This document shows positions 7,198 to 16,754 of a DNA stretch of 64,000 bases, piece by piece. Within the stretch, counting starts at the first letter, position 1. Each line of letters opens with the position of its first letter. The DNA lies in contig JAFEBH010000025.1 in assembly GCA_018242765.1 (NCBI GenBank), forward strand, positions 140,858 through 204,857, read 5' to 3'. Below the pieces are notes generated by a model that was not told where the DNA came from, did no database searches, and saw only the letters and a list, made by a program, of their open reading frames with translations. Both the position numbers and the translations under genes were made by a program. The DNA comes from Nitrospira sp. Lineage in GTDB: Bacteria; Nitrospirota; Nitrospiria; Nitrospirales; Nitrospiraceae.

Positions 7198-9321
7198 CTA
7201 ACTGGCGAGGATGACTCCAGCTTCCATCCCCGCCGGTATGTATTCGTTAAGCCGTCCTTCCAAGTTCGCAAGCCGCTGAGGGTGATGCAGATCATGAAAC
7301 ACCCCCAGTTCGCCTTCATCCTCTGCCCCCCGAACAATTTCCGAGCGACACGATGCAGAAAGTTGACAGTACGAGGCCATGCCATGTTGTCGGCTGGTGA
7401 AAGACGGGCGCATGCGGTTCCGTACGGCTCGTCGTGCAACAGCCACGTCCTCAGGAGTAGCCGTCGGCTGCTTCGTTCGAAGCTGGCGTTCCGCTTCCTG
7501 CTCGGCAAGGTCAGGCTGGCACTGATGACGGCTCGGTGTGCGTGATTCTGCAGGCACATAGCAGAATCGCAATGCTCCCCGTTGACGCCGATCGACATGG
7601 ATGGCACCGGTAAAGATGACATCGGCGGCTGCATCGATCGCATGGGCTCGCACCTGTCCGAGTATCGTGCTGCGCTCAATACATAACACCGCATGAGCCG
7701 CCTCATGATTCGGCGCACCCACAGCCGTTGCCTCATCACCTCCGGCGTCGATGATGCTGTTGATCACACGAATGTGGATCGGCTCAGTTCTGACCTCATG
7801 CTGCGACACCAACACCGGACCAACGATAGAGGACTCAATTACAGCCTTCTTCCCGAGACGAGTCAGCGTGAGGCTCGGCGACGCGTCTTGTCCCTTGCCG
7901 GGCACAAGCGTGCAATGCCGGAGTAGGACCTCGGCCTGTGTCGTGTCCTGTCCACCTTGCACGAGAAGAGTGCCGTCAATCAGGAGCCCGTCGAGCATCA
8001 GTCGACTCCCAGAATCGACCGTGACCTTGAACGCCCCTCGAATGACAGGGCGGGCCCTATTCGCAGCGCGTAGGTGCAGAGATTGATTCGGCCCGAGACT
8101 CAAAGAAACGACTCCGACGTCAAACTTCCCACTCGACTCAATCTCGATCACGGCGTGAGTTGGTTGATTCGTTTTCCATTGTTGCAACGTGGCGATCAAG
8201 TTTTGGCCTACGCTGACCTGATAGGGACGAGGATTCAGCGCTGTCGTCCGCACCTTCCCGACTACGTGAATCATCGGTCGATCATACTCACCGCCCCCCA
8301 CATCCGCGCTGAATCCATAGTGATAGGCAACATGTACCGTTTGAGGGGGATGCGCGAACACAATCCGTCCGCGTTCCGGATCCACGACAACCGCCGGCCG
8401 AGACTTTCTGAACGAATAGTTCCAGTCACTCAGGTCGGCCGAGACCAGATCCTTCAAGTCGACCGGGGTTTTGGCCCCGTCGATCCAGATACAGAAGCTC
8501 TTGCCTGCTCCGTAGTAATCAGCCAACCGATCACTCAGCGCACGCCGACGAATCGGAACCGGCAAGTTCATTTCATCGGCAATATGAGTTGGTTCCGGTT
8601 CTTCAATCGGCAAGGTATACAACGGGACATCGTGGCCGAATGCATCGAACCGATATCGCCCCTTAGCCGTATCGACAGCAGCAGCCTCTGTCCGTCCAAC
8701 AGGATAGGCCCTCACACGCCAGACAAAGAGGCCCACATGCGTCGGATTGTATCGACCTGGCGAACAGCGAGAAGCGAGACGGCGAACATCGACCGTGTGA
8801 GGCAGGACATCAAAGGGGGTATTCAGGAGATCAAGTTCGTCTCCACGACGGAGATCGATCATGTTGTTCCGAGACATCACGCGATGTTTCACTCCTTGAG
8901 TCCCGGCAACCAGGCGATAGAACTCCACCGCTCGCGCAGGCCATCCTGCAATATCACCGGCAAGAAACTCTAGGAGTGCGAGCGATCCCTTCCGGCGACG
9001 AAACCGCAGCGTGTTGGCAACTTCACGTCGCGAGGCGAACACGGCCTCTTGTGTCGTTGGACGTTCATCGTCGACCACGCCACGCTCACGTATTTCTGGA
9101 GCAGGCCGGTAGCCCACCAAGTCACCGAGATAAGGCACAACCCAGTCATTACAAGTCTCGATAAACCAGTTCTCATAGAGACGTTCAATGTCGTGCTCGA
9201 CAATGCCGATCTGCTCGGCGATCACGCTCAACAGCGCCTTTAACGGTTCGCCCGCCTCCTCATCACGCTGGCGGTGCACGACCGGTAAGAGTGCATAAAC
9301 CTGATCGACGGTTTTACTCAT
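7198..9321 (-). CDS. Tail protein I (gpI)-like baseplate protein fused to a parallel beta-helix-like domain
   Basis: 707 aa. The N-terminus LLPVVHRQRDEEAGEPLKALLSVIAEQ...WVVPYLGDLVGY resembles the P2 gpI/eCIS tail-protein N-terminal domain. The C-terminal half has repetitive short beta-strand rungs (LRHCTLVPG, VIESSIVGPVLV, IRVINSIIDAG, LCIERSTILGQV, VIFTGAIHV). Confidence 0.65.
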   Translation of the reverse strand: MSKTVDQVYALLPVVHRQRDEEAGEPLKALLSVIAEQIGIVEHDIERLYENWFIETCNDWVVPYLGDLVGYRPAPEIRERGVVDDERPTTQEAVFASRREVANTLRFRRRKGSLALLEFLAGDIAGWPARAVEFYRLVAGTQGVKHRVMSRNNMIDLRRGDELDLLNTPFDVLPHTVDVRRLASRCSPGRYNPTHVGLFVWRVRAYPVGRTEAAAVDTAKGRYRFDAFGHDVPLYTLPIEEPEPTHIADEMNLPVPIRRRALSDRLADYYGAGKSFCIWIDGAKTPVDLKDLVSADLSDWNYSFRKSRPAVVVDPERGRIVFAHPPQTVHVAYHYGFSADVGGGEYDRPMIHVVGKVRTTALNPRPYQVSVGQNLIATLQQWKTNQPTHAVIEIESSGKFDVGVVSLSLGPNQSLHLRAANRARPVIRGAFKVTVDSGSRLMLDGLLIDGTLLVQGGQDTTQAEVLLRHCTLVPGKGQDASPSLTLTRLGKKAVIESSIVGPVLVSQHEVRTEPIHIRVINSIIDAGGDEATAVGAPNHEAAHAVLCIERSTILGQVRAHAIDAAADVIFTGAIHVDRRQRGALRFCYVPAESRTPSRHQCQPDLAEQEAERQLRTKQPTATPEDVAVARRAVRNRMRPSFTSRQHGMASYCQLSASCRSEIVRGAEDEGELGVFHDLHHPQRLANLEGRLNEYIPAGMEAGVILAS

Positions 9322-12300
9322 ACTGGCCTCGGGGTTAATTCAATCGCACTCGGGACGGCAAAAGGGATGTAGCCCAACTGGGCAGGACGAACGGCTCCCG
9401 CGACGATGCGTGCAGGACTGACGCTGATCGCGTCCTTCGGTTGGTCCTGAGGCGTCTTTTTCATGTCCTCGATTTTTTTGCGGGCCAGCCGATCTAGCTC
9501 AGGGATCGGCAAGAGACGCCGCTGCGCTCCCGCTTCTTGTATCTGGGGAACATAATCAAACACATCGACATCGACAGAGTGCACACCACGGACGTTCTGG
9601 ATGGTTGAGATCACCTCGCTGAGATAGGCATCTTGCCCCAAGGCGCGCTTCGCGAAACTGAATTGTGCGAACAAGGTTGTCCGGACCTGCTGCTCGACAT
9701 CGGCCCATTGGTAGTCCGGATGCACCGCTACCCTGGCCGACAAGACAAGGACGAGCAATTCGCGTGAGGCAAGAGAAAATTGGTGACGGGGATCTCCATA
9801 CTTTCGCAAGGCCTCGGTTAAATGGTTGTAGAGGTCGGAACCCTGATCAATCGGACCGTCTTCGATCCCGGCAATCGTGAGATGAATGAATTGTTGCCGC
9901 CCGTGTCGTAACAACTCGGCCCGAGCCGTGCCGATTCCCGCAAAACTGCGGGCAAAGTCTTCGTAGTCTTGGACCGAGACCACACGATCAAATGCCATCA
10001 CCCCGAGAAACGCATTGGCCCGGACGAGGTCGGTCCCTTCTGGATCGGCGCCTCCGGACGCCCGTAGGGGGTTGTCCACTGCTTTCACACCCAACGGGCG
10101 TGTCATGAGGAGTCGAACCCGTTCAGCCTCGACATTCCCAACGGTACCGATTCCTGATCGGTACTCGGCCTTCACATTCTCGATCCCGGTCGGGAGACGT
10201 GTCCCATTCTGGCCGTCGCCGAAAATAATAGTCGTCTTCTGTTCCTCGTCCGTTTGCACCACAAAAGCACGATCCCTAGACCCGAGATCCGTCAGACGCA
10301 TGGCCTCCTTCCAGCGAACGCCATTGACGTAGACGCTCAAGGAGCTGGCAATACCAGCAGGCGTAGAGGCCGCCGTATAAGTCAGGGGGTTCTGAGCTAA
10401 TGGGAAATGTTGCAGCGCTTTGCCGGCGTCACCACTTCCGAGGACTTCCCTGCGACTCTCACCGTGAGTGGCACGCACGACGTTGCCGTAGATTTCTACT
10501 GTCTCCCGTTTATACTGGAACTTCAAGCTACTCTTGAGCACAACCGTCGTATGAGTTGCATTCCCCGGAGCGGGAACGAGAGTCCTTTTCTTCTCATCCG
10601 CCTTGTCGGACGCGGCGGGATAAGCAGGTTGTTGTGATGCAGGAGATGTTGTTGTCTTATCGGTCTTAGGCAACATCGCCCATCCATCCTCCACAGCACT
10701 CACCTGTACCAATTCACTTCGTCTCGTCCCTTGTATCGTGATCTCGCCCTTCGCCTCTTTCTCTTGTTCTGACGGAAGTGTGATCCGCTCAAGGGGTTGT
10801 GTGACATCGACTTCTTCCCCCGTGACGATCAACCAGCGACCGGGCTTCAGTCCCTCCACATAGCCGTCGAGCTCAATGTGTGTAGAAGCTTCTCCCCCAA
10901 TCGAATCAACAAACGGTTCGCCGGCTAGAGACAGTTCTTCACTTTGCGCATAGACAACCGTTTGACGAATAATGCCGAACCCCTCTTTGTCCTGGAACCA
11001 AGGCTGTTCTTCACCACCTGCAGAAGACAGGACCAACTTGCTGGTTTTACCCGTGATTCCGTACAACGCGCGTGACATACCCGTATCGACCGTGCTGACC
11101 CTCATCGGCACAACGATCCCTTGTGGACTATATTCAAGGATGACCCAACTGTTCGACGTAATCTTGTCGTAACTCGCATCGAGGTAAACCGTGTTCGGTG
11201 TCTTGTCCGCTGTATCAACTTGCCATTCGTAAAACGTCATCACTTTAGTTTTGTCGTTCAGCGCTGTCGGTTCCTTTGGCGCGTTATGACCAAACAGTGA
11301 CGCCTTCACCCGAAACGCGTACACTGTCACCGGATGGGTCTCTTCCAAACGTGTATGAGGGAGGCGTTCGGACACTCCCCCGTCTTTCGACAGAGGGTTT
11401 GCTGTGAGCGCAGCATAGACGAGTTCGGAAACCGGACCGTCGGCAGGCTGCCTGTCGAGCACAAAGGGCTGGGCGGACTCTTCATCCTTTGTCCCATCCC
11501 CACGGTCCTTCTTGAGTGTCTTGCTCAGCGTCGTACTGAGGTCCAGCATCCATTCTCTGGTTTCCCCTGTGCGAATTTGTTTCGCACGATGTTCAAGCGT
11601 CGTGACCTTCTTTGAGAGATCCGCAAGACGTTCTTGAGGAGGCATACGTGCCGTGATCGTTTGTTTCAGCGAATCAAGGATCTCGCGTTTGATCTTCTCT
11701 GCCTTGGTCGGCTGCTGAGCTCCTTCCGAAGTAAGGCTCTGAATGGAAGACTCTAAGGCTTGTTCCACTTCTTCCTGCAGGGGTTTCGGCTGCAAAGTCA
11801 CCATCGTTCGCTTATTCGCGAGATCTGGGTCATGGACGACGGCAATTCGGCGATAGAACGGTCTTGCTGAGTCCTGAAAGTCAAACAACACCACGTCATT
11901 GGGCTTAAGACCCGGTGCAGTACCCTCGAAATACACCGTCTTCAGCATATCGACATTGTCCGGAGTGATCCTCTGCGGACGAGTCAGACGGGGCTGCAAC
12001 TTGTTCCAACTGGCTCGTGCGTCAAGTTCCTCCGATGTTTCAAACGCTTGAGGCAACTCACCAGGACCGGGAATGGTTTGGACACGCGCGCCGGCAGGAA
12101 TGGTGACGGAAGGCTCCTTCGTTGCTGAAGTAGTTCGCCCTTGATCGGGCAAGGAGGGCGCGGCGCTCTCCACCGTATAGGCCAGATGAACACTCGCTGC
12201 CACACCGGGACGTGGCACGTACCCGACCAATCGAGCCAACTCGACGAGAGAACGATGTTCGGTCGCGGTTCGAAGATACCCTTCGTTGGCAATCCGTTCC

Positions 12301-12551
12301 TGATAGAAGGTCAACACATCGGCAACAGTGGCCCACGCGTCGAGCAGCGCCACAGCCGGATCATCGCCGGTATCCGAAGTCAGTCGTCCGAGAATAGGAA
12401 ATCCCCGACGCGAAAGCTCGGCCTTCATACTTCTGAGAAACGCCGAGTGTGTCCCGACTCGATAGCGGAGGCGGTCCAATCCCGAGCGGTTACTCACAGA
12501 GAGAGGAGTCCTGCTCTCGGCAGCCTCCCAAGAATCGTGAGACTTCGTCAT
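9318..12551 (-). CDS. Baseplate J (gpJ/gp6)-like wedge protein, paralog 2 (Afp12 position)
   Basis: 1077 aa. N-terminus: ALLDAWATVADVLTFYQERIANEGYLRTATE...ARLVGY. C-terminus: GGADPEGTDLVRANA...VVSVQDYEDFA. Both are gpJ-family signatures. 4-nt overlaps on both sides. Confidence 0.75.
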   Translation of the reverse strand: MTKSHDSWEAAESRTPLSVSNRSGLDRLRYRVGTHSAFLRSMKAELSRRGFPILGRLTSDTGDDPAVALLDAWATVADVLTFYQERIANEGYLRTATEHRSLVELARLVGYVPRPGVAASVHLAYTVESAAPSLPDQGRTTSATKEPSVTIPAGARVQTIPGPGELPQAFETSEELDARASWNKLQPRLTRPQRITPDNVDMLKTVYFEGTAPGLKPNDVVLFDFQDSARPFYRRIAVVHDPDLANKRTMVTLQPKPLQEEVEQALESSIQSLTSEGAQQPTKAEKIKREILDSLKQTITARMPPQERLADLSKKVTTLEHRAKQIRTGETREWMLDLSTTLSKTLKKDRGDGTKDEESAQPFVLDRQPADGPVSELVYAALTANPLSKDGGVSERLPHTRLEETHPVTVYAFRVKASLFGHNAPKEPTALNDKTKVMTFYEWQVDTADKTPNTVYLDASYDKITSNSWVILEYSPQGIVVPMRVSTVDTGMSRALYGITGKTSKLVLSSAGGEEQPWFQDKEGFGIIRQTVVYAQSEELSLAGEPFVDSIGGEASTHIELDGYVEGLKPGRWLIVTGEEVDVTQPLERITLPSEQEKEAKGEITIQGTRRSELVQVSAVEDGWAMLPKTDKTTTSPASQQPAYPAASDKADEKKRTLVPAPGNATHTTVVLKSSLKFQYKRETVEIYGNVVRATHGESRREVLGSGDAGKALQHFPLAQNPLTYTAASTPAGIASSLSVYVNGVRWKEAMRLTDLGSRDRAFVVQTDEEQKTTIIFGDGQNGTRLPTGIENVKAEYRSGIGTVGNVEAERVRLLMTRPLGVKAVDNPLRASGGADPEGTDLVRANAFLGVMAFDRVVSVQDYEDFARSFAGIGTARAELLRHGRQQFIHLTIAGIEDGPIDQGSDLYNHLTEALRKYGDPRHQFSLASRELLVLVLSARVAVHPDYQWADVEQQVRTTLFAQFSFAKRALGQDAYLSEVISTIQNVRGVHSVDVDVFDYVPQIQEAGAQRRLLPIPELDRLARKKIEDMKKTPQDQPKDAISVSPARIVAGAVRPAQLGYIPFAVPSAIELTPRPV

Positions 12552-15500
12552 CGTCCCCCCTCTAAGGTCATCGCCAGCGTTCCGAACTCCGGAGAGTTAG
12601 GATCATTATCGAGTCGCGCAATCTCGAACAGACCAACCGGGAGCACCCCTTCGCGAATTCCCTTGTCCGACGACAGACCCACACGCTGAAATTGAGTGAC
12701 TTCGATATTCCGAACACCGGGAACAGCTTGTGCTACGGCGACAAGACGGCTGAGATAGATGCTCTCTCCGAACGTGAGCAGATCGGGATGGAAGAATCCT
12801 TTTCGTCCATGAGGAAGCACCCCGTTCCCGAGCACAGCACGGAGTTCTTCACGCACATGGTCCCGAAGTTGATGCGGATGGAGCGTGACAGTCAGTGCAA
12901 TCTCCAGCGGCACATAGCGTGCAGGAAGGACAACGACCTCATGCCCGATGCGTCGATAGGCGTGCAGACTTCTGGTCAGTTCATCGCGCAGCCCATCCTC
13001 AAGCACGAGTCCGTGCAACGGGTCGATGAACACGCGCACTTCATACCACCCTTGTGCCCAGCGGAGTTCAGCAGCCGCGCGCTGCACCTTCGGGTTCCGT
13101 TCCGCGAGACGAGCATAGTCCTCCGCTGCCACCGCTCGCTCAAGATGAGAGCGGAGGCTTGCCGGGGCCTTGAGTTTGGCCGTGGCGATCGATTCAGGGT
13201 CGGAGCCTCCCTGCGCCCGAAAAGGATTTCGTACACGGAGCACACTCGATCCAGAAACCGTGGCGGAACGATACACGAGATGTGAAATGGCTTCCGCCAC
13301 TACGTTGCCTCTCGTGCCGTTTCCAATGCGGTACGTCGCCTTCATCGCCACACCAGGCTCGACGCGGCGTCCGAGATCACCGTTACCGAAACGTACATGT
13401 GCGACCTCTCGATCATCGACTTCCACCACGACATGCCGATCTTCTCGACGGCTGTTCAGGAGGTCGCGCCGGGGCCTCCACTCCTTTCCATCTTGGTCTT
13501 TTCCCTCATGCTCCTCTTTAATCGTGAGAGACGGCAGCGCCGCGCTGATATCCTTTCGTATTGCCCCCCGTGTCGATCCGTTGACATCCTGTGGTATTGC
13601 ATGCTGTGCCGATCCATAGAGAAGAGGATTGTTCGGCTTCAGCCATTCACTGTACTGTGGATCAAAAAGAGCTCCCACCTCTTGGGCATCACGTTCCGTC
13701 AGACAGTATCCAGAGTAGGCACGCTCGCGCAGTGCAAACAGACGTTGCATTTTATGGGCGAACACAGATCTTCCTGAGGACACACTCTGGCGAGATGAGG
13801 AAGGCAGCAGGAGCCGACCTTCCCGAAGCAGAAGCTTCTTCAACGTCTTGGTCGCATGTGTTGTGGCCTCTGAGCCAGAACGGATATTCAAATCGGCGAG
13901 GAGTTCTTCGTCAAAAATTGCCGTCAGAGTCGCCATTTCACCCACTGACAGACCCGCCACATTTCGTTCATCGGCCTCCTGTTTACGTTGCTGCACAGCT
14001 CGCCAAATCTCCACGACTCGAAGCCGGAGATCACGGATGATCTGGTCGATGACTCTTGCTTGATGCCGGGCGATCGTGCCGGTGTCAGGAAACGGGACAG
14101 CCTGCGTGACCGGCCCATGCGTCAAGACTGGGTGAAACGGCGCAGCCTGGACCGCTGTGTCAGCGGGCTGCCCTTCCCCTTCACAGGCGGTCGGTTCATT
14201 CTGTGCCGGAACGATCCACGCCTCCTGCTCAGTGACCGTACGCCCATGGTCCACAAGCACGACATTACCTCTGGCAACCGTCACGTCGTTGATCAGTTCA
14301 CAGCATGGTGCGTCGCCGATCGCCGAGATCACCAAGGGAAAACGAAGGGCATCCTCACGGTCCCATTCAATATGGACCACCGGCTGGGCATGCAGCTCAT
14401 CACAACCAGGCGTCACCTTTGCCAGCCGAACTGCGTGCCGATGCTGAGGATCTGCATCAGCCATGTGGCCTGTCCGAGGGCCTTTGACTTCTTCCAAAAT
14501 CAGGACATCGCCAGCACGCAATTGCTTCAGCGCGCGTTCACCACCCTTGTCTTCATCCCGAAGCGTGGCAGACGTCGCTCCGGCAGGCAACGAACAGACT
14601 CGATGGTCCCACGTATAAAAGTTGATGCAGTTGTGTGCGGTATACAAGTGTATTGGCCGATCCTCGATCGGTTCAAACACTTCGTATTGATTCGATGGTA
14701 CCTCATCCATGTCTCGTCCGGACATGACGACGTTCCGGCCGGTCATGGTCTGATTCGTATCGGAAACAAAATAGACCTCACCTGGCCAAAGCGGCATATC
14801 GTCGGCGGTTTCAATGCAGACCCACGCGCGGGCGTTGCAGCCGTCATGCAAGGCATAGTCGATCAAGCGCAGATGCCGCCGGACGGAGATCCGCTGCCTG
14901 GCCGTGTGGAGATAGGCTTCGGTCGCGACGGCATCTTGATAGTAGCTGAGTTGGTCGCCGATATAGGCCAACACTTCAACCAGCATCAGTCCCAAGTCGG
15001 GAGCATGCCGTTCCTGCCACGCCGGTGCGATGGTTGCAAGGCGGTCGAAAATCAGTTGGCGAAAACTCGCGTAGTCCTTGGCGAGGTAGTTGATCTCCGG
15101 TTCTTCGCGCAGAGCCCTGGCCTCTTGGATCGAAGCACAAACCGGACTGGTCGGTGCCGCACCGCGAAAGACAAAGTCAACCTTGGCGTACAGAGGATCA
15201 AATCCAGGAAGCGGCTCCGTTCCAGGCCGGTTGTACTCATCCCCTTTCACGACATGCAGCGTATAGGTTGAGAAATCACCCCACTGATTGACCGTGATCT
15301 CGAGAACGTCATCCTCATCCTTGCGCGAACCTCGAACCGGCTTCACATGCGTCGCAACGAGACCTTTCACCCGCACGCCGCCATCAATCCGCACGTTTTC
15401 TTTGTTCACCACCCCCTGAAACTTACCTAGCAGGTAGACACGGAGGAGCGGCTGCTTCTTGTCGCCGACCACAATCTCCTCAACCTCGATATAGTCAAGA

Positions 15501-15571
15501 CCATTGAGGCCCGGCTTTTGGCGCACCGCTTCCCGCCGGCGGTCGTCTCGACAGATCACTCCAGACTCCAC
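12548..15571 (-). CDS. Baseplate J (gpJ/gp6)-like wedge protein, paralog 1 (Afp11 position)
   Basis: 1007 aa. Motifs: LMLVEVLAYIGDQLSYYQDAVATEAYLHTA and GGSDPESIATAKLKAPASLRSHLERAVAAEDYARLA. Confidence 0.8.
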   Translation of the reverse strand: MESGVICRDDRRREAVRQKPGLNGLDYIEVEEIVVGDKKQPLLRVYLLGKFQGVVNKENVRIDGGVRVKGLVATHVKPVRGSRKDEDDVLEITVNQWGDFSTYTLHVVKGDEYNRPGTEPLPGFDPLYAKVDFVFRGAAPTSPVCASIQEARALREEPEINYLAKDYASFRQLIFDRLATIAPAWQERHAPDLGLMLVEVLAYIGDQLSYYQDAVATEAYLHTARQRISVRRHLRLIDYALHDGCNARAWVCIETADDMPLWPGEVYFVSDTNQTMTGRNVVMSGRDMDEVPSNQYEVFEPIEDRPIHLYTAHNCINFYTWDHRVCSLPAGATSATLRDEDKGGERALKQLRAGDVLILEEVKGPRTGHMADADPQHRHAVRLAKVTPGCDELHAQPVVHIEWDREDALRFPLVISAIGDAPCCELINDVTVARGNVVLVDHGRTVTEQEAWIVPAQNEPTACEGEGQPADTAVQAAPFHPVLTHGPVTQAVPFPDTGTIARHQARVIDQIIRDLRLRVVEIWRAVQQRKQEADERNVAGLSVGEMATLTAIFDEELLADLNIRSGSEATTHATKTLKKLLLREGRLLLPSSSRQSVSSGRSVFAHKMQRLFALRERAYSGYCLTERDAQEVGALFDPQYSEWLKPNNPLLYGSAQHAIPQDVNGSTRGAIRKDISAALPSLTIKEEHEGKDQDGKEWRPRRDLLNSRREDRHVVVEVDDREVAHVRFGNGDLGRRVEPGVAMKATYRIGNGTRGNVVAEAISHLVYRSATVSGSSVLRVRNPFRAQGGSDPESIATAKLKAPASLRSHLERAVAAEDYARLAERNPKVQRAAAELRWAQGWYEVRVFIDPLHGLVLEDGLRDELTRSLHAYRRIGHEVVVLPARYVPLEIALTVTLHPHQLRDHVREELRAVLGNGVLPHGRKGFFHPDLLTFGESIYLSRLVAVAQAVPGVRNIEVTQFQRVGLSSDKGIREGVLPVGLFEIARLDNDPNSPEFGTLAMTLEGGR

Positions 15572-15574
15572 GCG

Positions 15575-15937
15575 CTACACCTTTCGGATAAAATGGGCCG
15601 TCCGACGCTCATTCGTCCGGCGCACCACGTAATGAATCATAATAATGAGTCGGCCTTCCTGGTCGTTGCTCGTCACGTCCAACCGTTCAACCGCGATGAG
15701 ATCTCCGAGCCAGCGTTGTAAGCCGGCTTGAACGGCAAACTGCAGCGCAGCAGCGAGCTCGGAATTGTTCGGTGCAAAGACCATCTGCAACAGGCCGCTG
15801 CCGAAATCAGGGCGGTTGACGCGTTCACCGGGATTGGTGAACAGAAACTCTTCGATCATGTCGCGGATATGATCCGCTTCACCCGTTGTAGCCGTACGCC
15901 TCATCCGGTCGAAATGAAAGGGATAGTCGATATTCAT
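15575..15937 (-). CDS. GPW/gp25-like baseplate wedge protein
   Basis: 120 aa. HIRDMIEEFLFTNPGERVNRPDFGSGLLQMVFAPN is the gp25/GPW core motif. Confidence 0.9.
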   Translation of the reverse strand: MNIDYPFHFDRMRRTATTGEADHIRDMIEEFLFTNPGERVNRPDFGSGLLQMVFAPNNSELAAALQFAVQAGLQRWLGDLIAVERLDVTSNDQEGRLIIMIHYVVRRTNERRTAHFIRKV

Positions 15938-16257
15938 TAATTCCCCCTGACACGCATCTGCGTCACGACGATAGTGACACCAGTCCCATTCGGTGCACAG
16001 ACCGCCTGACTATCTTGCAGCAACACCGGAATTCCCCCTGCCTTCACACGTAATGCCGCCGTCACCCACTGGGCTGTGACACAGGGGACCGGTGAACCGC
16101 TGACATTAAATGGACATCCAGCAATCGTATGCGGTGCAGTCTGAGTCACCACCATCTGCCCACTGACCTTCACCCGAAGATTGGGGGCCGTCGCTTGGGC
16201 CTGTCCCCCATGCAAACAGAGCACTGTCGCCCCCATGTGCAGGAGATACCCTGGCAT
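15937..16257 (-). CDS. PAAR-like / DUF4280-like spike-tip protein
   Basis: 106 aa, Cys/Gly/Val-rich beta protein (GATVLCLHGG...AGCPFNV...PCVTAQW...AVCAPNG). Located directly after the spike gene and shares a start/stop nucleotide with it. Confidence 0.7.
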   Translation of the reverse strand: MPGYLLHMGATVLCLHGGQAQATAPNLRVKVSGQMVVTQTAPHTIAGCPFNVSGSPVPCVTAQWVTAALRVKAGGIPVLLQDSQAVCAPNGTGVTIVVTQMRVRGN

Positions 16258-16754
16258 TACATCACCTCCAGTGCGCCGCCATTGACGGACACTTGCGGAC
16301 CAGTAAGTTTGATGCTGGCATTCTGGCCATTAGTGATCTCGAGCCCCATTGCATTCATCACGATTTTCATTCCCGCCGTTGTCTCGATCGTGATGCCCCC
16401 TGCACCGGTCACATCGTTCAGCGTGATGGTTCCCACATCGGTTTTCAGCACCTTCATCTCAGCTACCGCTGGCGTTGCCGGCAGCTCACCCTGCGCCCAA
16501 AAACATCCGGTCCACACCGGATACTCCGGATCGCCATGCTCGAACTCGATCCAGACCGAAGCATCCGTCGGCGGAATGAGAAAGAGCCCCACGTTCTTCC
16601 CGGCATAGGGCAACGCCGGAAGGGCCCACCCGCTTTCATGTTCACCGAACACATCCTGCACCTTCGCGCGGATCCGTCCCATCATCAGCGGATCGCGGTT
16701 GTCCGACACTACCCCACGAAATTTTCCGTAAAACGGCGCGCCCTGGCTGCTCAT
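16257..16754 (-). CDS. gpV/gp5 OB-fold spike (VgrG-like, Afp8 position)
   Basis: 165 aa. FYGKFRGVVSDNRDPLMMGRIRAKV...GWALPALPYAG...PPTDASVWIEFEHGDPEYPVWTGCFW is the phage baseplate assembly protein V signature. Confidence 0.85.
   Translation of the reverse strand: MSSQGAPFYGKFRGVVSDNRDPLMMGRIRAKVQDVFGEHESGWALPALPYAGKNVGLFLIPPTDASVWIEFEHGDPEYPVWTGCFWAQGELPATPAVAEMKVLKTDVGTITLNDVTGAGGITIETTAGMKIVMNAMGLEITNGQNASIKLTGPQVSVNGGALEVM

Noticed and set aside
13988-15271. 427-aa plus-strand ORF, and similar long antisense ORFs at 8074-8973, 28499-29281, 29859-30581, 7185-7739 and 6718-7545.
   Set aside because: All lie antisense to strongly supported eCIS genes. Their translations are Arg/Pro/Ser-rich with no motifs. 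This is the typical stop-codon-poor antisense frame of GC-rich coding DNA.
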